Shown here in pieces: positions 63,103 through 64,000 of a stretch of DNA of 64,000 nucleotides (its first letter is position 1; the number at the start of each line of letters is the position of its first letter). Under the pieces are notes generated by a model. That model was not told where the DNA came from, ran no database searches, and was given only the letters and a program-made list of their open reading frames with translations. Made by a program: the position numbers and the translations under genes. This DNA is from a virus. Location of the stretch: positions 2,036-66,035 of the IMG/VR virus record IMGVR_UViG_3300015203_000007. One strand, given 5' to 3'.

Positions 63103-64000
63103 TATGCGGCCAGCTGTAGTCCGGAGAGAGCTTCGTTACCCTGAGAGTCAATCGTCAGAGATACGCCGAAGATTCTCACTGTGATGGAAGCTGTCTGATT
63201 CGAGATGAAGTTTCCTGTAAGTCCCTGCACGTCTAGCAGAGCCTTGTCGCCCACGTTGAAGTCAATGAATAGCAGCGGAGTGTTCGGGCTAGCAACCTGT
63301 AGCTGCACATCGTAGAGCGTCTTCGGGTTCTTCCGAATGGCGATCTCCGCGTTGGCGTAAGCCGGTAGCACGGTGTTGGTTGCGTCAATCACGTCCGGCA
63401 GGGAGACTAGATCCTCGAAGATGCCGTAGGTAGACTGAGACGTTGCATCCTGTGCCAATCCTAGCGCGTACTTGCCCTGCACGTTAAGGCGATTCGTCAT
63501 GGCGGATCCGTCCTGAGTCTTGCGCCAGGAAGCGAGGTTAGACTTTCCTGTCTGGTAGTCGAGATGCAAGTAGGCAGTTCTGTCGGCAGAATAGATCCAC
63601 GAATTCGCACCAGCGTTACCCGGCGTGCTAGTCACCGGGAAGTTCGTCGCGTTCGTGCGATTGTAGATGTTCATGTTGCGCGTGATCGGATCCACGAAGT
63701 AGTCGTATCCAGATTCGATGTCGGAGAGCGCCTTGATCTCCTTGCCGATGTTGGAAAATCTCTGGTACGTGCGTGTACGTGGCTGTGTCACTTCCACGGA
63801 TCCGGAGTTTACCTTCGTGGCACCATCAGCATTTGCCTTGTTGAGAAGGTTAATAGCGATCTGACCGGCATCAAGATTCTGGTAGATACCGTCTCCCACG
63901 TATTCCTGCACAGTGACATCATCGACGTTGAGAAGATTGTCAACGTTGGTTCCGTTTTCGTAGAACGTTAGATCAAACACCTGAAATACGTCCACTCCGC
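63102..64000 (-). CDS. siphovirus minor tail protein (ReqiPepy6 gp37-like; 5' end outside window)
   Basis: Beta-rich tail baseplate pattern, FNVGDKA; open to the window edge, upstream of the tail-collar gene. Confidence 0.6.
   Translation of the reverse strand, partial: GVDVFQVFDLTFYENGTNVDNLLNVDDVTVQEYVGDGIYQNLDAGQIAINLLNKANADGATKVNSGSVEVTQPRTRTYQRFSNIGKEIKALSDIESGYDYFVDPITRNMNIYNRTNATNFPVTSTPGNAGANSWIYSADRTAYLHLDYQTGKSNLASWRKTQDGSAMTNRLNVQGKYALGLAQDATSQSTYGIFEDLVSLPDVIDATNTVLPAYANAEIAIRKNPKTLYDVQLQVASPNTPLLFIDFNVGDKALLDVQGLTGNFISNQTASITVRIFGVSLTIDSQGNEALSGLQLAA

Overview
64-kb segment (GC roughly 55-58%) of a tailed dsDNA phage, probably infecting a soil Actinomycetota host (inferred from the actinophage-like tail, lysis and replication genes). 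Bases 1-53450 are almost all on the minus strand. From low to high coordinate they carry: a lysis module; a ~9-kb glycosyltransferase/sugar-nucleotide island; a lone tRNA-Ser(AGA) preceded by a ~385-nt highly paired non-coding RNA with its own promoter; three large polyvalent/effector-like proteins (Nudix-kinase-RelA/SpoT-ParB; degenerate metallopeptidase; 2074-aa ART-like plus repeat protein); a portal-MuF fusion and terminases; a recombination/replication block (RusA, Cas4-like nuclease, MT-A70 methylase, RecA, DnaE, SSB, primase, DnaB, SF2 helicase); and fibre/adhesin genes including a 1593-aa 20-mer-repeat protein with a spherulin-4/GH135 domain. A plus-strand block (53.7-61.4 kb) holds a MoxR AAA+ ATPase and a vWA protein bracketing 19 CCA-less tRNAs. 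That array also contains a 79-nt tmRNA-like RNA that has only the tRNA-like domain, a CCA-ended minihelix, boxA-like sites and several structured spacers. The window ends in membrane-protein and tail genes. No major capsid, prohead protease, tape measure, integrase or CRISPR array is recognisable here. All domain and RNA-structure calls were made by eye from motifs and complementarity; no database search or folding program was run. Several start codons were re-called from RBS and overlap evidence.
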